From a candidate division WOR-3 bacterium (GTDB lineage: Bacteria > Hydrothermota > Hydrothermia > LBFQ01 > DSFT01), in assembly GCA_965649115.1 (NCBI GenBank), contig CBFGJN010000043.1, positions 1 to 17,064 of the forward strand: a DNA stretch of 17,064 nt, given 5' to 3'. The notes beneath the pieces are model-generated. The model did not search any database. It saw nothing but the letters and a program-made list of their open reading frames with translations, and was not told the origin of the DNA. Positions 6,978 to 16,752 of this stretch are shown one piece after another; the first letter of the stretch is position 1; each line of letters opens with the position of its first letter. Made by a program: the position numbers and the translations under genes.

Positions 6978-9274
6978 AGGTTTTATATAATACAATAAAA
7001 GAATTTATTCCTGATTTCAATTTAAGTCCAATTGAGCTTAAAAACTTTTTTGAAGACATTGGAATTGAAGTTGAAAATTTTTTAGATTTATCAGAAGGAT
7101 TAAAAGATAAAGTTTTTCCTGCAATAGTTGAAAGTATAAAGTACGATGGGAACTTAAAGATATTAAAAGTTAAGACAAATTTTGGAGAATTTCAAGTTAT
7201 AACTACTGCTGATATTAGTTTAAAAGATAAAGTTGTTTTAGCAATAGAAGGAGCAAGACTAAAAAATAATCAAGTTATTTCAAAGAGGTCTATAAAAAAT
7301 TATATTTCAGAAGGAATGTTATTATCTGAAAGTGAAATAGGAATTTCAGAGATTTCTGATAGAATTATAAAACTTCCTATTGACTTTGATTTAAATAGTA
7401 ATGTTTTAGATTATTTACAGCTTAACGATTATCTTTATGAACTTTATATATTCCCAAATAGGGGAGATTTAATGGGAATGTTAGGAATCTGTTATGAAAT
7501 TGCAAGCTATTTAAAAATGGATGTTATATTACCAAATTTAATTGATGAAGAATTAGAAAATTTTGAATTTCCAATAGAAATTGAAGAAAAAGATGGATGT
7601 TTAAGATATATCGGAACGATAATAAAAAATGTTAAAATTTCAGATAGCCCTGACGTTTTAAGATACAGATTACATCTTCTTGGATTTCGTTCAATAAATA
7701 ACATTGTAGATATAACAAATTATGTAATGTGGGAAATAGGACAACCACTACATGCATTTGATTTAAACAAAATAGACGAAAAAATTATTGTTAGAAGAGC
7801 AAAAAATAATGAAAGTATTTTATGTCTTGATGGCACATTAAGAAATTTAAACAATGATATTCTTGTAATAGCTGATAAATTTAAACCAATTGCTATTGCA
7901 GGTATAATAGGAGGTGAAGAGAGTTCAATAAATAACGAAACAAAAGATATTCTTCTTGAAAGTGCTTTCTTTAATAAAGAATTTATTTCAAAAGCAAGTA
8001 GGATATTAAAAATAAAAACCGAATCTTCAAAAAGATTTGAAAAAGGTTTGAATTGGGAATTTGTTGAAATTGCCTCAAAAAGAGCAAGTTATTTGATAAA
8101 AAAATATGCAAATGGAAAGATATATAAACCAATTGATGTTTATAAAGAAAAAATTGAAAAGAAAAAAGTTATCGTTAATGTTGAAAAAATTAATGAAATT
8201 TTGGGAACAAAATTAAGTGAAAATGAAATTGAGGAAATTTTAAAACATTTTGGAATTAAAAGAATTAGTGAAAAAACATTCTCTATTCCTTATCATAGAG
8301 ATGATATTGAAAATTATTATGATTTATCAGAGGAAATAATGAAGTTTTTGAAAATTGATAAAATTCCTTCAAATAAAGAATTTAAAATTTTTGATATTCC
8401 TAAATATAAAAAATCAATATATGAGATTGCTATAAATTTCTTATTTCCAAGAGGATATTATGAAGCAAAAACATTTAGTTTAATAAGCGAAGAAAAAGCG
8501 AAAATGTTTTCAAATGATTACCTAAGAGTCTTAAATCCTTTAAGTTCCGAAATGAATGTTTATAGAAATTTTATAATTTCAAGTTTAATGGATGCTTTAT
8601 CTTTAAATATAAGAAGAAATGGATATGGAGCAAAACTTTTAGAATTTGGAAAAGTTTATAGAAATAATAAGGAATTTTATAGTCTTGGGATTGTTGCGGG
8701 TGGAAAGAAAATTAAAAATTATTTTGAAAATGAAGAGTTTTATAGTCCTTATGAACTGAAAGGGGATATTGAAGCACTATTTGAATTTTTAAATTATCAT
8801 TATCGCTTTGAAATTGCCCAAAAACCATTTTTAAAAACTTGCCTTGAAATATATCTTGATGATGAAAATGTTGGATTTTTAGGAGAAGTTAAAAGGTCAG
8901 TTTTAAAATTTTATAATATAAAATATCCCGTTTATGTTTGTGAAGTGGTTCTAAAAGATATTAAATTATCAAAATATGAGGAAATTAGTAAATTCCCAAA
9001 AATTGAAAAAGATATTTCAATTCTAATAAAAAAAGAGGACTATTATTTAAATGTTGAAAAATTCATTAAAAGTCTAAAAATTCCATTTTTAGTTGATTTT
9101 TATTTAATTGATGTTTATGAAGGTCCTTCAATTGGTGAAAATTACAGAAGTTTAACATTTAGACTTGTTTTCAATGAAAAAAGCAGAACACTTAAAGATG
9201 AGGAAGTAAATGAAGTCCTTATGGAAATCATTCAAAAACTTGAAGGTAATGGTTATAAAGTAAGGAGGATTTAA
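6974..9274 (+). CDS. pheT: Phenylalanine--tRNA ligase beta subunit
   Basis: SEGMLLSESEIG, PNRGDLMG, INNIVDITNYVMWEIGQPLHAFD, LLESAFF, SKRFEKG, NPLS and C-terminal FDX-ACB domain (SKFPKIEKDIS...DVYEG...RSLTFRL). Confidence 0.96.
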   Translation: MKVLYNTIKEFIPDFNLSPIELKNFFEDIGIEVENFLDLSEGLKDKVFPAIVESIKYDGNLKILKVKTNFGEFQVITTADISLKDKVVLAIEGARLKNNQVISKRSIKNYISEGMLLSESEIGISEISDRIIKLPIDFDLNSNVLDYLQLNDYLYELYIFPNRGDLMGMLGICYEIASYLKMDVILPNLIDEELENFEFPIEIEEKDGCLRYIGTIIKNVKISDSPDVLRYRLHLLGFRSINNIVDITNYVMWEIGQPLHAFDLNKIDEKIIVRRAKNNESILCLDGTLRNLNNDILVIADKFKPIAIAGIIGGEESSINNETKDILLESAFFNKEFISKASRILKIKTESSKRFEKGLNWEFVEIASKRASYLIKKYANGKIYKPIDVYKEKIEKKKVIVNVEKINEILGTKLSENEIEEILKHFGIKRISEKTFSIPYHRDDIENYYDLSEEIMKFLKIDKIPSNKEFKIFDIPKYKKSIYEIAINFLFPRGYYEAKTFSLISEEKAKMFSNDYLRVLNPLSSEMNVYRNFIISSLMDALSLNIRRNGYGAKLLEFGKVYRNNKEFYSLGIVAGGKKIKNYFENEEFYSPYELKGDIEALFEFLNYHYRFEIAQKPFLKTCLEIYLDDENVGFLGEVKRSVLKFYNIKYPVYVCEVVLKDIKLSKYEEISKFPKIEKDISILIKKEDYYLNVEKFIKSLKIPFLVDFYLIDVYEGPSIGENYRSLTFRLVFNEKSRTLKDEEVNEVLMEIIQKLEGNGYKVRRI

Positions 9275-9275
9275 G

Positions 9276-9500
9276 ATGATGGAAGAAGAAAAAGATAGAC
9301 AATTAGAGGAAAAGCTTGAAAAAATCCAAACAAAGGCATTAGATACAATTATAAAATTAAGAGAAGAAAATAGAAGACTTAAAGAAGAAAATGAAAAATT
9401 AAAAGAAGAAAATGAAAAATTAAGAAGAGTTATAAAGCATCTTGAAGAAAAAATTACTTATATTCTTCAAAAATTAGATATCTTGGAGACTGAAAAATGA
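9276..9500 (+). CDS. Small coiled-coil protein, ZapB-like cell division protein
   Basis: 74 aa all-heptad sequence (LREENRRLKEENEKLKEENEKL); AAGGAGG RBS at 9262-9268; occupies the zapB position in the common pheT-zapB-zapA-rny order. Confidence 0.65.
   Translation: MMEEEKDRQLEEKLEKIQTKALDTIIKLREENRRLKEENEKLKEENEKLRRVIKHLEEKITYILQKLDILETEK
9381..9422 (+). repeat. 21-nt tandem repeat AAAGAAGAAAATGAAAAATTA x2 (one coiled-coil heptad)
   Basis: Exact copies at 9381-9401 and 9402-9422; degenerate third unit at 9360-9380. Confidence 0.9.
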
Positions 9501-9775
9501 ATATAGAATTTAATGTGTTTGGAACGAAATATAGCTTTAATATGAAAATTGAAAGCGAGGAAGATGTTAAGAGAATTGTTCAAATCATAAATGAGGTTTG
9601 TGATTGGATAGAAAAACGATATAAGAACTTAGCAAGAGACAAGAAAATTGCTCTTTTAGTTTTATTTTTAGCACATAAAGTCTTACAAAAAGAAAAAAGA
9701 ATAGAAAGATTAAACCAACTACTTAAAGATTATGAAACTGCTCTTACTTTTGTTGAAAAGATGGATGAAAGTTAA
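9497..9775 (+). CDS. zapA: Cell division protein ZapA-like
   Basis: N-terminal beta-hairpin IEFNVFGTKYSF, helix, IALLVLFLA helix and C-terminal coiled coil; directly upstream of rny. Confidence 0.7.
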   Translation: MNIEFNVFGTKYSFNMKIESEEDVKRIVQIINEVCDWIEKRYKNLARDKKIALLVLFLAHKVLQKEKRIERLNQLLKDYETALTFVEKMDES

Positions 9776-9792
9776 AAAGGAGGATGAAAGCT

Positions 9793-11355
9793 ATGTTAGA
9801 AATAACACTTTTAGGATTATCAATAATTACATTTATTTTGGGTTTTTATGTTGGAAGGAGGGAAATTAATAAAATTAAAAAAGAGCTTGAAGAATATAAG
9901 AACGGTTTTAAGAAAGCCGATGAAATAATAATTCAAGCACAAGAAAAAGCAAAGGATATTATAAATAATGCTCAAATGAAAGCAAATGAAATTATAAATA
10001 ATGAAAGAAAAAAATTTGAAAATGAAATATACAAGGAAAGAAAAGAGCTTGACAAAGAAAGAAGAAAACTTGAAGAACTTCAAATTCAAATTGAAAGGAG
10101 AGCTGAACAATTAGACCAATTAGAAAAAGAACTAAAAAATAAAGAAAGACAACTACAAGAAAAAGAAAAAATTCTTTCAATAAAAGAAAAATCCATAGAT
10201 GAAAAATTAAATGAGATTAGTAAAAGACTTGAAGAAGTTGCTAATATGACAAAAGAAGAGGCAAAAAAGGAATTGTTAAAAAGTGTAGAAATTCAAGCAA
10301 GATATGAAGCTGCTCAAATGGCATATAAAATAAGAGAAGAAACAAAAATTAAAGCAGAAAGAGAAGCAAAGGAGATTATAGCACAAGCAATTCAAAGATG
10401 TGCAAGTTCTCAAACTTCTGAAATGACAATAAGTATTGTTGAATTACCATCAGATGATATTAAAGGAAGGATTATTGGAAGAGAAGGAAGGAATATAAGA
10501 GCTTTTGAAAGTATAACTGGTGTTGAAGTAATTATTGATGATACACCAGAAGTTATTGTCCTATCATCGTTTGACCCTATAAGAAGAGAAAAAGCAAAGT
10601 TATGTATTGAAAGATTAATTGAGGATGGAAGAATTCACCCTTCTAGAATAGAAGAAATTTATAAGAAAGTTGATGAAGAATTTGAAAATCATATAAGAAG
10701 TGTGGGAGAAGAAGTTGTTTTAAATCTTGGTATAAACCCTATACATAGTGATATCGTCTATTACATCGGTAAGATGAAATATAGAACAAGTTATGGTCAA
10801 AACTTATTATTACATTCAATTGAAACTGCTAAAATTGCTTCAATTATAGCAAGTGAGCTTGGACTTGACAAAAATATAGCAAAAAGGGCAGGGCTATTAC
10901 ACGATATTGGTAAGGTTCTTGATGAAGAAGGACCACATGCTATCGTAGGAGGACAATTTTTAAAGAAGTATGGAGAAAATGAAATTGTTGTAAATGCAGT
11001 TATGGCACATCATGGAGATGTTGAACCAATTAGTCCCTATGCACCTATTGTAGCTGCTGCTGATGCTATAAGTGGTTCAAGACCTGGTGCAAGAAGAGAA
11101 AGTATTGAAAAGTACATTCAAAGAATACAAAGACTTGAAGAAATTGCTTATGAACACAAAGGTGTAGAAAAAGCATTTGCTATCCAAGCGGGAAGAGAAC
11201 TAAGAGTAATTGTTGATGCTAACAAAGTTTCTGATACTGAGGCATTTGAAATAGCAAGAAGCATATCTAAGAAAATTGAAGAAGAGCTACAATTTCCAGG
11301 TCAAATAAAAGTTGTTGTGATAAGAGAAACAAGAGCAATTGAGTACGCAAGATGA
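9793..11355 (+). CDS. rny: Ribonuclease Y
   Basis: N-terminal TM helix, long coiled coil, KH motif KGRIIGREGRNIRAFE and HD motif LLHDIGK. AGGAGG (9778-9783) abuts ATG 9784 but sits 9 nt before ATG 9793, so 9793 is the preferred start. Confidence 0.97.
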   Translation: MLEITLLGLSIITFILGFYVGRREINKIKKELEEYKNGFKKADEIIIQAQEKAKDIINNAQMKANEIINNERKKFENEIYKERKELDKERRKLEELQIQIERRAEQLDQLEKELKNKERQLQEKEKILSIKEKSIDEKLNEISKRLEEVANMTKEEAKKELLKSVEIQARYEAAQMAYKIREETKIKAEREAKEIIAQAIQRCASSQTSEMTISIVELPSDDIKGRIIGREGRNIRAFESITGVEVIIDDTPEVIVLSSFDPIRREKAKLCIERLIEDGRIHPSRIEEIYKKVDEEFENHIRSVGEEVVLNLGINPIHSDIVYYIGKMKYRTSYGQNLLLHSIETAKIASIIASELGLDKNIAKRAGLLHDIGKVLDEEGPHAIVGGQFLKKYGENEIVVNAVMAHHGDVEPISPYAPIVAAADAISGSRPGARRESIEKYIQRIQRLEEIAYEHKGVEKAFAIQAGRELRVIVDANKVSDTEAFEIARSISKKIEEELQFPGQIKVVVIRETRAIEYAR

Positions 11356-11543
11356 ACTTAGGATTTCAAGAGATATTACTTATTGCTTTAATTTTTATAA
11401 TACTATTTGGACCTGATAAAATTCCTGATGTTGTTAGAAGTTTTAAAAGAGCTTATAATGAATTTATAAAAGCTTATAATGAAGCAAAGGAGCAAATAAA
11501 GGAGGTTATAGAAAATGAAGGAAATAACAAAGATAGCAATTGA
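11352..11543 (+). CDS. tatA: Twin-arginine translocase TatA/TatB family subunit
   Basis: MNLGFQEILLIALIFIILFGPDKIP followed by an amphipathic helix; 63 aa. TatA versus TatB cannot be decided. Confidence 0.82.
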   Translation: MNLGFQEILLIALIFIILFGPDKIPDVVRSFKRAYNEFIKAYNEAKEQIKEVIENEGNNKDSN

Positions 11544-12951
11544 AATGCTAAAAGATGTGAAGGAAATAGATTATGGAGATGTTAGATTAGTCATAGAAGA
11601 AAGTGAAACTATTAATTATAAAAATGGTAAAATTGAAAATATAAATAGAACGATGGAATTTGGAATTGGTATCAGAGTTATGTACAAGGGATTTTGGGGA
11701 TTTAGTAGCACTAATGATTTAAGAACTGATAGTATTTATAAAGCTATTAAGAAAGCCGTAAATATAGCAAAATCAAGTTATATTCCAGGAAAAGGACTTG
11801 AATTAACAGAAGAAGAAATTTATGTTGATGAATTTTTTACAAAAATAGAAATTGACCCATTTAATGTTCATTTAGATGAAAAAGTCAAAATTATGGAAAA
11901 TGTTGATAAAATTTTAAGAAGTGATAGTAGAATAAAAATTGTAAATCAATATATGAATTTTATAAAAACTGAAAAATTCTTTGCTTCAACAGAAGGAGCA
12001 TTTATTCATCAAGTTATTTATCATAGTGGTGGTGGTTATACTGCATATGCTTTTAGTAATGAAGATGTTCAGTTTAGGTCTTATCCTTCTGCTCATGGAG
12101 GTAATATGTTAAGTGGTGGTTTTGAAATAATTTTAAATGAAAAATGGGAAGAAAATGCTTACATTTTAAAAGATGAATTATTGAGGCTATTATATGGGAA
12201 AAAAATTCCCGAAGGAGAATATGATATTATTATTGGAACAAATCAAATGGCTCTTCAAATTCATGAAAGTGTAGGACATGCTCTTGAACTTGATAGAGTA
12301 TTTGGATTTGAAGCAAGTTATGCGGGAACTTCTTGGGCTGATAAAATTGGAATTAAGTTTGGCTCTAAATATATGAATGTTGTTCAAGATGGAACTATTG
12401 AAAGAGGTCTTGGTTCATTTGGTTATGATGATGATGGTGTTAAAGCAAAAAGAGAATTTTTAATAAAAGATGGAATTTTAGTAAATTACTTATCTTCAAG
12501 AGATAGTGCCTGGCTTATAAATAAAAAATCAACAGGTGCAAGTAGAGCAAGTTCATATAATAGAATGCCTATTGTTAGAATGACAAATGTAAATCTTTTG
12601 CCTGGTGATAAGACTTTAGAAGAATTAATTGAGGATATAAAAGATGGATTTTATCTTGAAACGAATAAATCTTGGTCAATAGACCAAAAACGTCTTAACT
12701 TTCAATTTTCAACAGAAATAGCTTATAAAATTAAAAATGGAAAACTATTAAAAGATGAAGTTTATAAAAATCCCGTTTATTACGGTATATCCTATGTTTT
12801 TTGGAATAGTCTTGATGGTGTAGCAAATGAAAATTATTGGAAGTTATGGGGTGTTCCAAATTGTGGTAAAGGAGAACCTGGACAAACCGCAAGAGTTGGC
12901 CATGGTTCATCACCTTGTAGATTTAGAAAGGTTAAGGTTTTTTCAGTATAA
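11515..12951 (+). CDS. tldD: TldD/PmbA family metalloprotease, catalytic TldD type
   Basis: GIGIRV..G.WGF, IHESVGHALELDR (HExxxH), FGYDDDG, PIVRMTN and metal-ligand Cys in CGKGEPGQ. Confidence 0.92.
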   Translation: MKEITKIAIEMLKDVKEIDYGDVRLVIEESETINYKNGKIENINRTMEFGIGIRVMYKGFWGFSSTNDLRTDSIYKAIKKAVNIAKSSYIPGKGLELTEEEIYVDEFFTKIEIDPFNVHLDEKVKIMENVDKILRSDSRIKIVNQYMNFIKTEKFFASTEGAFIHQVIYHSGGGYTAYAFSNEDVQFRSYPSAHGGNMLSGGFEIILNEKWEENAYILKDELLRLLYGKKIPEGEYDIIIGTNQMALQIHESVGHALELDRVFGFEASYAGTSWADKIGIKFGSKYMNVVQDGTIERGLGSFGYDDDGVKAKREFLIKDGILVNYLSSRDSAWLINKKSTGASRASSYNRMPIVRMTNVNLLPGDKTLEELIEDIKDGFYLETNKSWSIDQKRLNFQFSTEIAYKIKNGKLLKDEVYKNPVYYGISYVFWNSLDGVANENYWKLWGVPNCGKGEPGQTARVGHGSSPCRFRKVKVFSV

Positions 12952-13768
12952 CTTCATAATATAATTTTTCTACAACTTTATATAGACTATCATTAGCACT
13001 AACAACTCCAAACCAACCATATTTTCTTAATTTACTAAAAACAACACTATCTTTTGGTAATTGTAGAAATGCAGATTTTAATTTTTCAACAATTTTTTCA
13101 TCTAAATAGGGTGAAACTACAAAACCATCGTTAGGTATAGGACCAATACTATCAATAACTCTTGTTTTCTCAAATATATCAGGATATTCATCTTTAAGTA
13201 AAATTCTACCATCAGAATAAATTGTTCCAAAATCAACTTCATTATTATAAACTGCTATAATAACATTCTCATGACTATTTAATTGAATTTTTTTAAAATC
13301 CTTTTGAGGGTCTAAACCAAGTTGCTTCATTCTTAAAATAGGAAATAAATAACCACTTGTTGATGCAATATCAGGAATACCCCATGTTTTACCCTTTAAA
13401 TCGTAAAGACTTTTATAAGGACTTTTTGAATTAACGATAAAATAAGTTTTATAGTAAATTGTTCCATCACTTCTTAATGAAGTTATAATAATTTTCGTTG
13501 AACATTTATGTTTTGAAATAACATATGGAAGTGCAGATAAGAAGCTTCCATGAACTTTACCTGAACATAATCCTTCAATTAAACCGCTGTAATCTGTTGC
13601 GATAAATGGTTTAACCTTCATATTTAATTTTTTTTCTAAATAAATTTGTAAGGGTTTTAAATCTTCTATAATTTTTTCACTTTCTGAACTTGGATAATAT
13701 CCTAAAACGAAAACCTTTTCTTTTTGACAAGATAGGATAAAGAAAACTAAAAAAATCATTTTTTTCAT
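12932..13768 (-). CDS. Phosphate/phosphite/phosphonate ABC transporter substrate-binding lipoprotein (PhnD/PtxB family)
   Basis: Lipoprotein signal MKKMIFLVFFILSC; TDYSGLIEGL, DLKGK, STSGYLFP, SHENVI.AV....VDFG and PIPND motifs. Confidence 0.85.
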   Translation of the reverse strand: MKKMIFLVFFILSCQKEKVFVLGYYPSSESEKIIEDLKPLQIYLEKKLNMKVKPFIATDYSGLIEGLCSGKVHGSFLSALPYVISKHKCSTKIIITSLRSDGTIYYKTYFIVNSKSPYKSLYDLKGKTWGIPDIASTSGYLFPILRMKQLGLDPQKDFKKIQLNSHENVIIAVYNNEVDFGTIYSDGRILLKDEYPDIFEKTRVIDSIGPIPNDGFVVSPYLDEKIVEKLKSAFLQLPKDSVVFSKLRKYGWFGVVSANDSLYKVVEKLYYEVILKKP

Positions 13769-15006
13769 TTTAATTTCAGAATTTTCTTTCCATTTGATAT
13801 GTAAATTCTAAAATTTTTTGAACAATTTGATATTGAACCATCTAAATTATAAAAATTTTTAAAATTTTTGATTTTTTCATTTTCAGAAACACTAACCTTA
13901 CAATAACTATTCTCATAAACTAAAAAATCTACTGATGAAATTGGATAATTAATAATTGAATAGTCATAATCATTTGAAAAAATTGAGATATTTTGAATTG
14001 GTTTAGTTGAGATATTATAAACACTTAAAGGTAAAATTGTATCTAAAAGACAACTTGAACCATCATCTAAATTAAAGTCAAAAATTGATAAGCTATCTTG
14101 ATTGTAAAATAAAATTGTGTTTTTGAAAATTTTGGGATTTTGTTCTAATGCTATATTCTTACTCCTTCTTGAAAATAATAAATTTCCAAGGGTATCTATG
14201 CTTATGAAAAATATATCGTTAAAATAATTTCCTGAAATAATGAACTTTCCATTAATAAATTCAACGCTTGAAACATACAGGTTTATATTATCAATTGTTT
14301 TATATACTTTGCTCCAAAAAACTTGATTTAAAGAAGTATCAAGTGAAGCTATAAAAATAAAGTACTTTTGGGAAATGTCAGTAAATTGTGAAAAAACATA
14401 AATTTTTTCATTTATTCTAAATAATTTTACTGGAAATGTTGAATTATATAATCCAAATGACTTTGATTTTAAAATGTTCCCATTTATATCAACTTTAATA
14501 ATTGCCAAATCTTGAAAATTGTATCTACAAAGAAGATAAAAGTCAATTGTTCCACTACAATAATCAACATTACTAAAAGACTTTGAAAAAATTATTTTTC
14601 CTAATTTATTTAATTTTATAATGATATTTCCACTTGTTAAATATAAGTTTCCAAAAACATCAGAAAAGAAAGTTTTATCAAAGGTTTCACTTGAATTGTA
14701 AGTTATTGAGGAAATTAAATTTCCATCACTATCAACTTTAACTATTGAAAAAAATGGATAACTTGAAAATAAAAAAATTGTATCGTTAATAATGATAGCA
14801 TCTGAAATACTTATGTTGTAAATTGCTTTTGACCAAATAGCAGTTCTATATTGATTTAATTTTATTATAAAAGCATTGCTTTGGACATTTCCAAAAATAT
14901 AATAACTATTTTGATAAACGATAAGTTTTATTCCAAGAGCATTGTTTGAAAAATATATTGTTTTAACAAAGCTAAATAGCGTTAAGGTAATAACCATTAT
15001 TTTCAA
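13765..15006 (-). CDS. Hypothetical secreted beta-propeller repeat protein with a degenerate T9SS-like C-terminal tail
   Basis: Six repeats of pattern IxKxDxxGNxx(W/F)SK; short hydrophobic N-terminus (likely ATG 14997); C-terminus VSVSE...FYNLDGS...IYISNGKKILKLK. Confidence 0.6.
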   Translation of the reverse strand: MKIMVITLTLFSFVKTIYFSNNALGIKLIVYQNSYYIFGNVQSNAFIIKLNQYRTAIWSKAIYNISISDAIIINDTIFLFSSYPFFSIVKVDSDGNLISSITYNSSETFDKTFFSDVFGNLYLTSGNIIIKLNKLGKIIFSKSFSNVDYCSGTIDFYLLCRYNFQDLAIIKVDINGNILKSKSFGLYNSTFPVKLFRINEKIYVFSQFTDISQKYFIFIASLDTSLNQVFWSKVYKTIDNINLYVSSVEFINGKFIISGNYFNDIFFISIDTLGNLLFSRRSKNIALEQNPKIFKNTILFYNQDSLSIFDFNLDDGSSCLLDTILPLSVYNISTKPIQNISIFSNDYDYSIINYPISSVDFLVYENSYCKVSVSENEKIKNFKNFYNLDGSISNCSKNFRIYISNGKKILKLK

Positions 15007-16747
15007 TTACTTTTTCTGCTATATCATTTACAAGTTTTGAATAATTTGGAAATTCGTACCATCTAACTAATTTCCTTAGTGTTGAAATAAACATTCTTTG
15101 TTCATCACCACTATAAAGCGATGATAGAACATTAATTGCTTTGTTTTCAATATCCCTAATTGCATGGTAAATATAAAACTCTAATAATTTTGCACAATCA
15201 TTTGCTCTTTTTTCATTACCCATATTTAATAACTTTAATGCCCTTAAATAGCCACTTTCCGCTAAAAATATATGCGAAACAATATCTGCTATACTTGAAG
15301 AAATAATTTGAGCATCTCTTATATTTTCACCATATTTTTGAACTGCTAATGCTGAAACCATTAAGAAAATTTTCTTAAATATATCAATTGCAAATTTTTC
15401 CCTTGATAAAAATCCATAGTTTGGCATTTCAGGAATATAACTAATTACTTCATTAGAAAATTTAAGAGCAATTGGAATTAATGGTAATTCACCTTTTAAA
15501 GCTTTTCTTAAAAGCATTCCCGTAATTACTTGTCTATTTATTTCATTTGTTCCTTCCCATATCCTATTTATTCTACTATCTCTATACGCCCTTGCAGCGG
15601 GATAGTCTTCAATATAACCATAACCTCCATAAGTTTGTAAAATTTCATCCACTGTAAAGTCTAAAACTTCTGAACCAAAAACTTTTATTATAGAATGTTC
15701 AATAGCATACTCTCCAATTCTTTCAATTGCTAAGGATGGTTCAATATCACTTGGTATAAATTTATCCATATATCCTGCTATTCTATAACTTGCACTTTCT
15801 CCAACATAAATATAACTGACAATTTTTGCAAATTTTTCTCTAATTAATTCAAATTCAGATATACTTTTACCAAATGCTGTTCTCTCCTTAGCATATTTTA
15901 CACCAAGGCTTAAAATATACTTTGATGAACCAATAGTACTTGCACCAAGTTTATACCTTCCTATATTTAAAATTCCAAAAGCTATTCTATGACCCTTTCC
16001 AATTTCATACAATTGATTTTCTTTTGGAATTCTTACATTATCAAAAAATAGTGGAACTGTTGAAGAACCAACCATTCCCATCTTATGATATTCATTACCA
16101 ATAGAAAATCCTTCTCTATTTCTTTCTACAATAAAAGCTGTTATTCCTTTATCTTCACCATTTATATAAGCTCTTGCAAAAACGATATAAAAATCAGCTA
16201 TTCCTCCATTTGTAATAAAAATTTTTTGTCCATTTATAACCCAATAATCTCCATCAAGAATAGCTTTTGTTTTTATATTCATAGCATCGGAACCACAACA
16301 AGGTTCAGTTAAGGCATAAGCTCCAATTAGTTCAGCTTTTGCAATTTTTGGTAGATATTTTTTCTTTTGCTCCTCATTTCCAAAATAAACAATAGGTAAT
16401 GAACCAATTCCAACTTGAACACCCCAAGTGATAGCAAATGAACTTTGAATTGAAAATTTCTCTGCTAATATCATAGAAGTTCTTTTATCTATTCCCATTC
16501 CTCCATACTTTTCTGATATTTCAGCACCTGTAAATCCATATTCAGATGATTTTTTAAGTAATTTTTTTAATAAATCTAAATTCTTTTTTTCAATTTCATT
16601 ATCATATGGAAGAACTTCTTTTTCCATAAAATCCTGAGCTGTTTTTGCTATAAGCTTATGTTCTTCGGTAAATTCTTCAGGAATAAAGGTTTCTTCAATC
16701 TTTCCATCTTCTACTAAAAATTGACCACCTTTTATAATTTCAGCCAT
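14972..16747 (-). CDS. Acyl-CoA dehydrogenase, long form (~590 aa, Bacillus FadE-like)
   Basis: KGGQFL N-terminus, AYALTEPCCGSDA, NGQKIFITNG, KMG...SST, ILNIGR, R.AFGK.I, GGYGYI and RINRIWEGTNEINR (catalytic Glu). ATG 16747 is preferred over TTG 16753. Confidence 0.93.
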   Translation of the reverse strand: MAEIIKGGQFLVEDGKIEETFIPEEFTEEHKLIAKTAQDFMEKEVLPYDNEIEKKNLDLLKKLLKKSSEYGFTGAEISEKYGGMGIDKRTSMILAEKFSIQSSFAITWGVQVGIGSLPIVYFGNEEQKKKYLPKIAKAELIGAYALTEPCCGSDAMNIKTKAILDGDYWVINGQKIFITNGGIADFYIVFARAYINGEDKGITAFIVERNREGFSIGNEYHKMGMVGSSTVPLFFDNVRIPKENQLYEIGKGHRIAFGILNIGRYKLGASTIGSSKYILSLGVKYAKERTAFGKSISEFELIREKFAKIVSYIYVGESASYRIAGYMDKFIPSDIEPSLAIERIGEYAIEHSIIKVFGSEVLDFTVDEILQTYGGYGYIEDYPAARAYRDSRINRIWEGTNEINRQVITGMLLRKALKGELPLIPIALKFSNEVISYIPEMPNYGFLSREKFAIDIFKKIFLMVSALAVQKYGENIRDAQIISSSIADIVSHIFLAESGYLRALKLLNMGNEKRANDCAKLLEFYIYHAIRDIENKAINVLSSLYSGDEQRMFISTLRKLVRWYEFPNYSKLVNDIAEKVIENNGYYLNAI

Positions 16748-16752
16748 AAGCA

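Noticed and set aside
9776..9792. 6S RNA, often found just downstream of zapA
   Set aside because: Only 8-17 bp separate zapA and rny, so there is no room.
11450..11483. AGCTTATAATGAA repeated at 21-nt spacing in tatA
   Set aside because: Reflects the AYNE helix repeat in the protein; too short to support a separate function.
2916..16312. Short antisense ORFs in the track (2916-3257, 3287-3499, 3946-4128, 5605-5808, 5805-6020, 7507-7704, 9820-10110, 9992-10180, 12190-12387, 12731-12913, 16085-16312)
   Set aside because: All lie opposite well-supported genes and show shadow-frame composition.
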